64,000 nt of DNA from Caecitellus pseudoparvulus (taxonomy: Eukaryota; Protista; Bigyra: Bicosoecida): contig CBFFRQ010000038.1 of NCBI GenBank assembly GCA_965644315.1, positions 293,178 through 357,177 on the forward strand, read 5' to 3'. Under the pieces are notes generated by a model. It did not search any database and was not told the origin of the DNA. It saw only the letters and a program-made list of their open reading frames with translations. Positions 22,200 to 33,100 of this stretch are shown piece by piece. Within the stretch, counting starts at the first letter, position 1, and each line of letters begins with the position of its first letter. The position numbers and the translations under genes are program-made.

Positions 22200-24433
22200 A
22201 TGGCGACCCCCAATGCACTGACAGCCACGGCAGCGCCAAGCAAGCCAGACACGCCGCCGAGCGACGAAAGGCCAGGGCAGGCCTGCCTCGTTCAGTTCCT
22301 CGTCGGGGAGGCACGAAAGATACAGGCGGTGACGACGACCAGCAAGGAGAATGTTGTCCTCTTGTGTGTGCTGAGTGCGGACTTCGCTGGGCAGCGCGCT
22401 GCCGCGGCGTCCATCGCACGCACTGTGTGTGGCAACGGCAGCGGAATTTGGAGCGGCATGTGAGTGTTGCAAGTGTCGCAGGCTTGCGCCAACGGCGCAG
22501 GCAGGCAAGGCAGCACCCTTGTCGCCCTCGTTTCATGTGAAGATTGAAGGGCATGGCTGTGTTTGAAGTCATTGACCTGTGCAACAAGCTGGTGGCTGCT
22601 GGGTGCCTGCTACGAAGTGCCTCGGGCCGTCTGCGCATCTCCACGTCAGGCGTGACTCGGCTGCGAAGCGCTGGCCTGGACACACTGGGTGCTGAGGGCC
22701 ACCACAGTGCCTCGGAACGGATGGAGCTCGCTCGCCGAGCGGCGTTGGACGCTGCAGTCGCCCGGGCGTGCGAGGGGCTGTGCCAGCAGCAGCTGGAGGT
22801 GGTGCAGGCAGTGGTGGAGCAAAGGCGCAGCATCTTCTTCACCGGTGCTGCCGGCACCGGCAAGTCGTTCACCCTGCGGCGCCTGGTGTCCATCCTGAAG
22901 GACCAGGGCCACAACGTCGCCGTCACGGCCTCGACAGGCGTCGCGGCCTGTGCTCTGGGCGGCAGCACAGTGCATTCCTGGGCAGGGCTGGGGCGCGGCG
23001 AGGGGGCTGTGGAAGCGGTGGTGGCGACGGCCGCCTCTCGCCGCTCCGTGCGCGAGCGCTGGCACAGCGCCTCTGTCCTGGTCATTGACGAGGTGTCCAT
23101 GCTCAGCGCAGACTTCATGGACCTGTTGGACGTTGTTGGGCAGCGGTGCCGCGGCTCGACACGCCCGTTTGGCGGGTTGCAGTTGGTGTTGGTGGGCGAC
23201 TTTTGCCAGCTCCCCCCCATCGGCAAAGGCGGCAGGTCGCCCCGCTTTGCGTTCCAGTCCAGGGCATGGAAGGCTGCCGTGCAGCGCAGCATCGTGCTGC
23301 GAACCGTCTTTCGGCAGGGTGAAGACCCGGCGTTTGTGCAGCTGCTGAGCAAGCTGCGGTTCGGACAGGTGGATGCAAGCGTCCTGGCTGGGCTGGAGCC
23401 GTGCCAGGCAGCAGGTGCCAGCGGCCCCAGCGTGCACCAAACGCACCTGTGCTCTGTGAATGCCGTGGTTGACGCGCGCAATGCCCGTGAGCTGGGGCGC
23501 TTGCCGGGGCGTGGAGTCACGTACACTGCGCAGGAGCTGCTGCCTGAAAACCCAGCTGCACAGCAGCGCGGCCAGGCCCTGCTGCGTCAATTGAAAGCTG
23601 GCACCATCGCAAAGCTGTCCCTTACTTTGAAAGTGGGTGCTGCTGTCATGCTGCTGCACAACTTGGATGTGCGGGCGGGCCTGACGAACGGCACGCGGGG
23701 CGAGGTGGTGGGGTTCGCATGGACTTCGGCACACTCTGCGAAGCAGCGTGCAGCGGCGAGCGAGACAGGCGTGGATGCGGCCCCCCTTCGGGCAGACGCA
23801 CCGCTGCCTGCGCCCCTCGTGCGATTCACTGTGCGGCTGAACGGGCGTGTGCGGCAGCTTGACCCCATGCCCGTGCAGCCTCACAAGTTTCTGCTCAGCG
23901 AGAGTCCCCAGAACTGGGCAGGCCTGCGACAGATCCCACTGGCACTGGCGTGGGCCATGACCATTCACAAATCGCAGGGCATGACGCTGCATGGCGTGCA
24001 TGTGGATGCGGGGGGCATTTTTGAGCAGGGTCAAGCGTACGTGGCGTTGTCTCGTTCCAGCAGTCTGGCAGGGCTGTCTCTGGCGGCGTTCAAGCTGGCC
24101 AGCGTCAAAGTGCACCCAACAGCACTTGCCTTCCACACCAGTCTCGGGGATGGCTTGCTGGTGGCTGAGGCAGCGCCCAAGACCAGCACACAGCGCCAGG
24201 GTGGAGCTGCCCAGCCAGTTCAGCGCAAGCGCAGCGCAGCGGCCTCCCCGCCGGGCCGTGCGAAGCCTTCGACGACAGGGAAGAGCGTTGGGGGCGCAAA
24301 GCGCGCGCGAGATCCTGGGAGTCTATGGGCGGCATCCCCTGCCAAGCGAGGCGCAGCCGCATCCCGCATGGCAGCTGCGCTTGCTGCCAGCAAAGCTAAA
24401 GCAAAAGCAGCAGCCAAGGCATCGGGGTGGTAG
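22200..24433 (+). CDS. PIF1: Pif1-family 5'-3' DNA helicase with N-terminal RQC-like winged helix; intron 22460-22542
   Basis: FFTGAAGTGKS, TASTGVAA..LGGSTVHSWAG, IDEVSM, PFGGLQLVLVGDFCQLPPI, VFRQ, LKVGAAVMLLHNL, GLTNGTRG, QIPLALAWAMTIHKSQGMTL, GQAYVALSR. Confidence 0.93.
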
Positions 24434-24671
24434 GCGGAGGGGAGGGGGGGTCAGGGCACGCCCGCTCGTCCCTTCAGCATGGAAGTTCAATACATATATG
24501 TTGTCTGTTGCCAAGCAATTCCAGTGTCTCCTCCACATTGCGGCTTGAGCGGTGCCGGGCTGCCGATTCTGCAAGCGGAAATTGCGCGACTGTGCAGAGT
24601 GCCTCGTATTCGCGCAGCTGAGGGCTTGAAAGAGTAATCAAGGCGAACCTTAGTCTAGAACGCTAGTGAAC

Positions 24672-25594
24672 ATGTCAAACGTTGGGAGTGAGTGCGCAGG
24701 CGGATGACCAGGGGGTGCAGTGGACTGGAGAATCCTGCGGCATTCCAGCAAGCAACGCCACCACCCCGCCGTGCCGCAGGCAGCACGTCGTACCGCGCGG
24801 ACCCGAAGGAGACGACGGAATGGGACGATCTGCAGCGCAAGTATGGTAACTTGCCCAAGTTGGAGAAGGAAGTGGAGCCAGAGGAAGAGGAGGTGGACGA
24901 CTCTGTGGAGGCCCGCTTTGCTGGTGCTTCAGCGGCTGCAATGGCCGAGGCGGTGGAGGGTGACGACATGGAGGAGGACGAAGAAGCCACGCTGGCTGCC
25001 ATTCGTGCGAAGCGCATGGAGCAGCTCATGGCGTCAGCGAAGAAGAACAAGGTGCGTCTCACTGGCCCAGTGCCAGCACGCACCCTGCTGCGGACCTTGT
25101 TCAACCCCTCCCTTGCACAGTTCGGCGCGCTGTACCCGTTGACCCGTGACGAGTACACGAAGGAGGTGACAGAGGGCTCCAAGGAGTGCTGGGTGGTGGT
25201 GCTCTTGTACAACGACGCCGTGGACGCCAGCAGGGCGCTGCAGGAGGTGCTGGAGCGCCTGGCGCCGAAGCACAAGGCGGTGAAGTTTCTCCGCATCAAG
25301 GCCGACCAGTGCATCGAAGGCTTCCCTGACCGCAACGTGCCGACCCTACTGCTGTACCACGAAGGCGAGAACCAGCGCCAGCTCATGGGGCCGGGCGTGT
25401 ACGGCGGCAAGCGCAATGGGGCTGGCATTACAGAGGACACGGTGGAGTGGGTGCTTGCGGATGAGGGTGTCTTGAGCACGGATCTGACGGAGGACCCACG
25501 CCCTGAGCAGGGCTCCGGCAGCAAGGGTGCTGGTGGCGTGTTCTTTACTGGCGCCACTGGCATGGGTGGCATGGGGTACGACGAGGATGCGTGA
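24672..25594 (+). CDS. Phosducin-like protein, PhLP2/PDCL3 type (CCT co-chaperone); 2 introns
   Basis: TEWDDLQRKYGNLP, IRAKRMEQL, FG...EYTKEVT..S...WVVVLLY, KFLRIKADQCIEGFPDRNVPTLLLY. Confidence 0.88.
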
Positions 25595-26139
25595 GGCGGG
25601 TGGTGGGGCGCGGGAGCGCCGGGCCTGGCAACCGTTGAGGCATGCGGTGCTTCCGTTGCACGGCAAGGCACCTCCGCCACCCCTGAGGGCTGGGCACTGG
25701 GGCTGCCCTGCGAGGCAGCTGAATGCAAGGTAGACGAGGCTTGGCTCGTGCAGGAGGAGCAAAGCTATGGGTAGGGCGAACGCGTGCAGTCGACGTGCAA
25801 TGCAGGTGACAATCGTGACTTGAGGGCAAACAAAAATAACGCACCTGTGCACGTTCAGCCTCTTGACAGTGGTCTCCTGTCCATTCGTGTGGCTCGCAAG
25901 AGACCTCGGCGTGTGCGGGCGTTTCACTTGCCAGGCGCTCCGACTGCTCCTGCACGGGGCCATCACGGGAGGCTGCCTGCATCGAGTGAGGACTCACCAT
26001 GAGCCATCAAGGTGGGAATGTAGTTGTCAGGCCAGCTTCCAGTGCTGGCCGCAAGCCTGGGTGAGGGCACGGCAGCTGGGCGGCGACGCCAACGGTAGCG
26101 TTTCTGCACCACGCCGCCCCACTCCCAACTCGCGCACAG

Positions 26140-29100
26140 GAAGCTGTTTGAAGAGTCCGCACAGCCAGCAGCGGGAGATGATGATGGTGGCTATTCAGAC
26201 GAGTCCTTTGACGCATACTCGGACGAGGAGTTCGAAGAGGCAGCTCCTGCGCCTGCCCCCGTCCCAGCCATAACCAGGCGCCCAGTGGTGGCTGGCTCAG
26301 CCGAGTACGCTCCTCCTGCCGAGTGGTCAGCACCGCCCAGTGCGACGGCATCTGCACAGCCCACTCCATCTACATCCCCAGTGCCCAGTGCACCCGCCAG
26401 TGCCCGCCGGCACGCCTCGACGTTTCGAGTCACTCCAGGGGATGCAGCGGGCGCCACCTCGTCCGCTGGCTTCGCTGGGTTGGTGGGGCCTGCGCTGAAG
26501 CGTGCTGCAACGGTGCGCGCTCGCACCAAGTGCACACAGGCGTCCTTCAACGCGGAGTTTTCAGCCGCCCCGCTATCAGCCTATGACCTGTACTGCCGCA
26601 CCCTGCGCTCAGGCGGAGCGCGGCAGACTGGCGCCCAAACACGGCACGACGACGGCGAGGCAGGTGTGCAGACCGACGCCATTCAGTGGTCGAACAAGGG
26701 GGCCCAGGCCCCTGATGACCTGGGCCTGCCCAGCTCCATCCGCTGGCACCAGGCATACGTGGCTGGCAAGTTTAACCCGTACCTGAACGCGAAGGGTGGC
26801 GTGCGCCTGCTCACGCTGCTTCGTCGAGTGTCGCTCACTGTGGAGTTGCTGTTGGAAGAGAACGCACAGGAGGCGGATGCGGGGGAGTTCGGGGGGGGCT
26901 ATGGGCAGGGGGGGCGGCAGGGAGCGCCCACGTCCCCGTATTACGCGTACTCCGCCACCGCCAGGAACCAAGGCACAGCTCCTGAAGTGCCCCTTGTGGC
27001 GCTGCCCCAAGCTGACGCTGTGAATGCCGCGTTCGCCAGCGCAGCTCTGGGCACGGCCCTGGCCGGCGCAGACGCGCCTGTGCGCAGTGGGTACGTGTTG
27101 GGGGGCAGCGGCCTGCCGCAGTTGCTGGGTGGGCGCCCTGCCGTGGGAGTGGCGGTCGCACCGGTGACGTCGCTCGTGGCAGTTGCGTACGGCCCTTCCC
27201 GACACAGTGCCAGTGCGCTGATGGAGGGGCCTGGGCAGGGGGGCAAGGTGGCGGGTGGGGGGGGTCGACCCCCCCCAGCTGCAGCGCCCCTCTCCCAGGA
27301 CGGCTTGCTGCAGGCGTCAGTGGTGGTGGTGTGGAGTCCTGATGCACTGGCTGCGGCAGTGGTTGAGGATGAGTCGGAGGAGGCGCTGCGCATGCCACAG
27401 GTGGTGTTGCTGGCGCCCGGCCCTGTCACCCGCATCGCGTGGGCCGATGCACGGGGGCGCGTGTTGCTGGGCGGGGGGGGCAGCGGCGCAGTGTGGGTGT
27501 GGGACACACACGAAGGCGCAGGGCAGCACCAGCACCTGGTGCAGGGCGCTATGCGCCCTCCCATCGGCGCCTCATCCTCGTCCGCCAGCCCTGGCCCACG
27601 GCACAGGCGCCCACCCCCCGGTATGAAGAAGCCGAAGGCCCCCCGCCCACCCCCCCTGTGTGCATTCGGCATCCCCAGTGGCCTGCGTTATCCCACGTAC
27701 ACGACGGAAGCGCTGGGCGTCACGAGCACGGCCGTGGGGGGCGGGGCAGGCGACCTCAGCGTGACGGGGGCTGGCCATCACTTCGGCGACATCGTGAGTC
27801 TGGGGCTGGTGGGGTCCGCTCCCCAGCGCACCAAGGCCACGCTATGGAGCAGTGGTGCAGAGCACGCCACTGTGTCGCATGCCCCTGACGGGGAGGTGGA
27901 GCTGTCCGACAGCAGTGCCGCGGCACTCGCTCCCCTCCTGCAAGCAGCCGGAGTGCAGGTGTCCGCGTCTGCCCAGGGCGCGTGGACGGGCTTGGGCACC
28001 CCTGGCGTGCAGGAGGCTGGTCCTGGCCCAGCGGGAGGGGGCGACTGGGATGCCGCCGGTGCCTGGCAAGTGGCATCCTTGGACTCGCGCGGCGTGGCCA
28101 ATGTCTGGAGCGGCGTGCAGGCGCCGGTGTCGGCGCAGGTGGGTGCCCACGGGGATGTCCTCGCCTCTGATGGCGCGGGTGCTCGAGCAGCCACTGGCAT
28201 GCGCGCTGACCAACTGGTCAGTGGTGGCTGGTCCCCGCTGAACGACACGGACATTGGCGTGGCGCCGGGTGGGCGGCTGAAGCTGGCCCGGTCCTCCACA
28301 GTGGCCTGTGTAGGCGGGCTCGCAGGCCTGGCCACTGCGCACAGCACGGTAAAGGGCGTGCGGCAGCCGGGCCGCATGGCTGGGGCTGTCGGAACACGCC
28401 TGCCAGCTGCCGCCGATGACACCACCACCATTGCCCTTGCGCCGGCCGTGCCCGCCGCCGACAGCGCAGACTCCGCTGGCGGCGTGGCCCTCGGCGCATC
28501 ACTCGCTGCTGCCTCTGCCAGTGTTGGGGCGGCGGCACTGGACGACGCGCTGTGCCCGCTGCCGCTGGAAGGGGAGAGGGCCAGTGTGCTGGCTGTGGCG
28601 CCGGGGGCGGGGTCCACGTGGGCTGTCGGGCGGCAAGACGGCGCCATCGGGCACGTGACAAGGTGGGGCACGCCTGTCTCGCCGCGGGCCTGGCCTGCAC
28701 CCGCATTCTGCGAGGGCGCTCCCGTCACGGCGCTGCTGTTCAGCCCCTGGGATGCGCGCTACCTGCTGGCAGGCTACGCCAACGGCTGCTTGGCCTTATT
28801 CAGCACCGCTTTCTCAACGCCTGTGGCGGTGTGGCATGCCCCGACGCAGCCTTTGCAAGCCAGCACCGCGGCCACCCTCTCCTCCCTCGGTGACGCCCTG
28901 AGCCAGCCACCACTGCGGGAGGGTGGATCTGCTCCGATCCAGGCTGGCCTGTCGCCCCAGCTGGCAACCGCGACACGGTGGGCATGGGGGGCCGGTACTC
29001 TGAGCGCAGGCAGCCCTGCTGCCGTCGTGGATGTGGCGTGGAGCCCCACACGGCCGTGCGTGTTCTGGGTGCTGGACGCCTCGCCTGCACTGCACGTTTG

Positions 29101-29341
29101 GGATGTCAGTCGCGACACAAGGCAGCCGTGCACGACCGTGCGTCTGCCTGCGCCACGGGGCAGCGTCGTGACAGGCATGGCGCTGGGGGGTTCCGACGCC
29201 GTGCACGTGACGCGGCCTGTCATCGCCGTGTCGTTCTCGTGTGGGGAGGTGTGGTGCGCGCGGGTAGGACCGTATTTCGCCGTGCCCTTCGAGAAGGAGG
29301 GTGCCCTGTGGACCAGCGCTGTGGAGAGCGGCCTCATGTAG
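26140..29341 (+). CDS. WDR60: WD40 dynein-2 intermediate chain WDR60/DYNC2I1 (FAP163)-like; 5' exon(s) upstream of 26140 unresolved
   Basis: PLSAYDLY...QT..D....VQTD...AQAP light-chain-binding region, RLLTLLRRV..VELLLEE, LRYPTYTT, WQVASLD..G.ANVW, FSPW...LLAG and WSPTRPCVFWVLD...VWD. Confidence 0.75.
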
Positions 29342-30181
29342 TCTGTGCGTGCTTGATCAGACTAGGCAAGCTCCCAGAGTCCAATGCAAAGTTTACCAGG
29401 GTGAGAGTGTGTCGTGCGAGTTGGCGTGTCGCGCCCGCAAGTCGCTCTGGCTCGCCAGCCAGCCCACTCCCCCCGCAAAGCAGCTTAAGTGGTAGCAACG
29501 TCCCGGAAAAACGGATACAGACAGCATTCTGGTGTACTGTTTGACCCAATCGGGGAGCGGGGGTAGAGAGGGAGTCCGCTCTTGCGACGCGTTTGATGCT
29601 CTCCACTTGCGTCGGTGCCCGCAGGATGCAACGGATCCGGTAGAGGGTAATTTTCATTTTCTGTACAACAAATTATGAAGAATTGTTTGGGGAGGAGCAC
29701 ACGCATGCGCTCTCCTACATTTCAGCGCAGGCACTCTCTCGCAGTCTCTCGCCTGCGACGTGGAGTGCTGCGGATTTCGACCAGCCTTTCCCAACTCTGT
29801 GTCTCGGCACGCGAGCGTGCGTCTGGATTGAGCGTGGACGCTTTCAGCAAATTGGTTGGTTTTTGTGTGGGTTACGGCCCAGTGATCTGAGCCCTGCTTT
29901 TCCTGTGTGTGTGGCGCCTGTCTTTGCGCCTCCCTGCCTGCGGGCCGAATGGCGTGGCCCAACGCGCCTTGCTCAGCTGCTCGGCACTCAGCTGTCTCCT
30001 GGTGTGCTTGCACAGTGAATTCGAAGAAAACCACTGCAGTTTGCTCAAACCTGTCGGCACACGTTCATCGGCCGCCCATAAAGTCACGACTAGGGGCTGG
30101 ACATCTCCGCGGCGTTTCACGGCAGTCTGCGCACCCTCACAGCAGCCCACTGCTCGCCTCCGACATCACTGCATGCTCAGA

Positions 30182-33100
30182 ATGGCCTTTACTCAGGCAT
30201 GTCACCAGAGAAGACGGTGCTTTGCGTTTTGGCCCAACAGCGTGCGCCAGAAGCGTGTATCGAGGCCAGCTGCAACCTCGCGGCCAGGTACAACGCGACA
30301 CGGGCTTACGCTGTACACGCTCACCACTGTGGTGGTGGCTCTCGCTGCACTGGAGTGTGGGGCGACGACCCCATATCCCGATTGGATGCAGAGTGATGGG
30401 CCTTACTTCTCCTCGTTTGCAAACGCTGCCCATGGGCACGGCAGCAGCCTGCTTGTGTTGCCGGACATGGACGGCAACGGCCGCGTGGACATGGCGTTCG
30501 GCTCCCCGCTGAAGGGAGATGATGGAAGCTTCTCCGTTGTTTTTGCCTATACTGGGTCCCTTCCTGCATATGTGCAGGCACAGCGGAGTGAGTTCATCGC
30601 CCCAGGGCTCGCGCCTGGCCACACGGGCCGGTTTGGATCAGCTCTCGAGTACCTCGGGGACGTGCACCAAGACGGCATGTACGGCCTTGCTGTTTCCGCA
30701 CCACTCCTTAGCGATGGCACGGTCTTCATGCTCAAATTTGATGCGGTTGCCAAGTCCATCCTCCTCGTCGCAACTCTGGCAGGGTCTGATGCGTCTGGCG
30801 GGCTTGAAGTGGCGCGGTTCGGCAGCGCCATCTGCTCGCTTGGCGACTTGAACGCAGACGGCGTGGTGGACCTCGCCTTTGGTGCCGTAGCTACAGGTGG
30901 CTTTAAGGGGGGTATTATCACGGGCACGATGAACTCCACGCTGGACGGTTTTTCATCCAGCTCGGAGACGTTCGCTTCCGAAGAGCCGGCGCTGGACGGG
31001 GTCATGTTGGCAGATGGAGGGTGGTTTGGAGCGTCATGTGCTGCAGCAGGAACGCACATTCCAGGATCGGGCTCATCCAGCACTTGGACCACTGGCTCGG
31101 AGGGGTCCCTCGGCATTTGGCTTGCTGTCGGGCAGCCGGCAGTGTCACAGGGCAAGGTTTGGATGATCGCGCTGGATGAGACTGCCTCCCGGGACTTCAG
31201 CAAGCCCATCCGAGTGCTAGAGCTGGCAGGCGCGCCGGCCTCCGGGGTTGGCTCGTCCATTCTCTGCATTGGGGATGTTGTCGGTTTAGACGGTATCCCA
31301 GAGCTTCTGGTGGGCCGGCCTGACCTTGGGTCATATGGCGCTGTGCTGGTGGCTCACGTGAACCAAACGCGACACTTACAAGCAGCCCCGGCATTCAATG
31401 CCGGTGGGTATCAAATGGGGGGGTATGGGGACCATGCCAGCTCGGGTGACGGGTTCGGCTCAGCCATCGCTGCCGTGCAGGACACGTCCGTCGATGTCAA
31501 GCTCAGCATATTGGTGGGCGCACCCAGTGATAATTTGAATGCCGGATTCCACCATGTGATTACTAAGTTCTCCATCGCGTCCCTGGACACCTGTCGACCG
31601 CCCATCGCCGAAGTCTTTTCCTTGGTGAACTCCACTGTCGCCGCTTCCGACTCAACATCCTTTCAAGCATCGTCCGTGTCAGATATGCAAGTCGGCGCAT
31701 CAATCGCCACGGCTGCAGACTTTGACAAGAATGGAGCTGAGGAGTTGTTGCTGGGAAGTCAAAACGAAGCGGGAGCCGGTGAAGTGTGGTTGCTGTTCAT
31801 GGGGGATGCAACATCTGTCTCATCTGTCGTTCGTCTCAGCCATGGAACACAAGGAAGCAGCAACTTCCCCGCCATTCCCAGTGTTTCTGAGAAAGGCCTC
31901 GCAGTTGAATATGTTGGACACGTCCCGGGGGCCCAAAGCAGCCACGCCATGGCTGTTGGCTTCCCGGAGCGTGATGCCGCCGGAAAGACCGCGCTCGGGA
32001 CCGTGTACTTGGTCTCATTGAACCCTGCCGGAGGTGCTATCGGTTTTGACGAGTGGATGCCGGGCACCGGAAGCTTTGGGCATGTGCCTGTTTCAACGGA
32101 GAACACTTTCTTCGGAGCTTCTTTGGCCCGCCTTCCAGACCTGAACCCCGGCACAGGGCTTGGAGGCGGCGTTCCTGAGCTTGCCATAGGAGCTCCAGGA
32201 CACGACACAGGGTCAGGCATGGTTGTACTGGCTTTCATTGAAAGCGCAACTGCTGGGGCGCATTCGACAGCGTTGCTGTATCAAGGATCACCACATGTTC
32301 TGGATGGGTCGTATTCGCTAGAGGGTGCCTTTGGTTCCTCCATTGCATACCTTGGATTGCCGGAGACGCCTTCGGTCAGCGCTCCGACTTTCATCCTTGC
32401 GGTTGGTGCACCTGAAGGTAGTGAAGGGTCGGGCGCAGTGTACATCCTGGAGGTAACGGTGATTGGCCTCTTAGTCGGTTCCAGTCAAGTGACAGGTTCA
32501 TTGCAAGGCATGCCGCAGGACTGGGCCGGCCCACACTCGTTGGGGTCTGCAGTGGCGCACGCAGGGGACTTGAACGAAGATGGCATCCCCGACCTGTGGA
32601 TTGGTGATCGCGAGGCAGGTTCTATCTACCTCTTGGCCTGGGATGGGTATGAGAACGTGCTCTCCTTGGAGGCGTTTAACCACACGTATCCCCTGCTCAA
32701 CATTGGGAACCTGCCATGGGACGGCGGCTTTGGGTCAAGCCTGGCAGTCTTCCCGGGCCTGCACCCGGGACACACCTTGCTCCTCGCCGGCCTCCCGCAT
32801 GCAGATGTTGGCGGAAGCTCCGATGCCGGCGATGTGCTTTTTGTGAACTTGGAGGTCAGCGCATACTCAAACCATTCCCAGCTCCAGACGAGCGACTTTT
32901 TGACCGCGACTCGCATTGCTGCGGGCACCAGAGGATACAACGCAAGTGCTGTAAGCTTCGGTACCTTTGGCTCGTCGATGCACGGAATCGGCGACATCAA
33001 CGGCGATGGGGTTCTTGACATTGCAGTCGGCACGCCAGGAGACACCTCCTACAGCGGGTCTGCCGTGGGAAGCGTCGCCTTGCTGTGTTTGGGGCCCGAT

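Noticed and set aside
22060-24136. Long antisense ORFs (488 and 496 aa) opposite PIF1, and similar ones at 54951-56510, 56363-57517 and 41902-43119
   Set aside because: Shadow or alternate-frame ORFs expected in high-GC coding DNA; no motifs.
29342-30170. Lower-GC 0.8-kb intergenic stretch as a possible ncRNA or MITE
   Set aside because: No TIRs, tRNA cloverleaf or convincing snoRNA boxes seen; most simply UTR/promoter.
29909-30172. N-terminal 88-codon extension of the giant ORF from a GTG start
   Set aside because: Eukaryotic context; the first ATGs are at 30173 and 30182, and the extension looks like open-by-chance 5' sequence.
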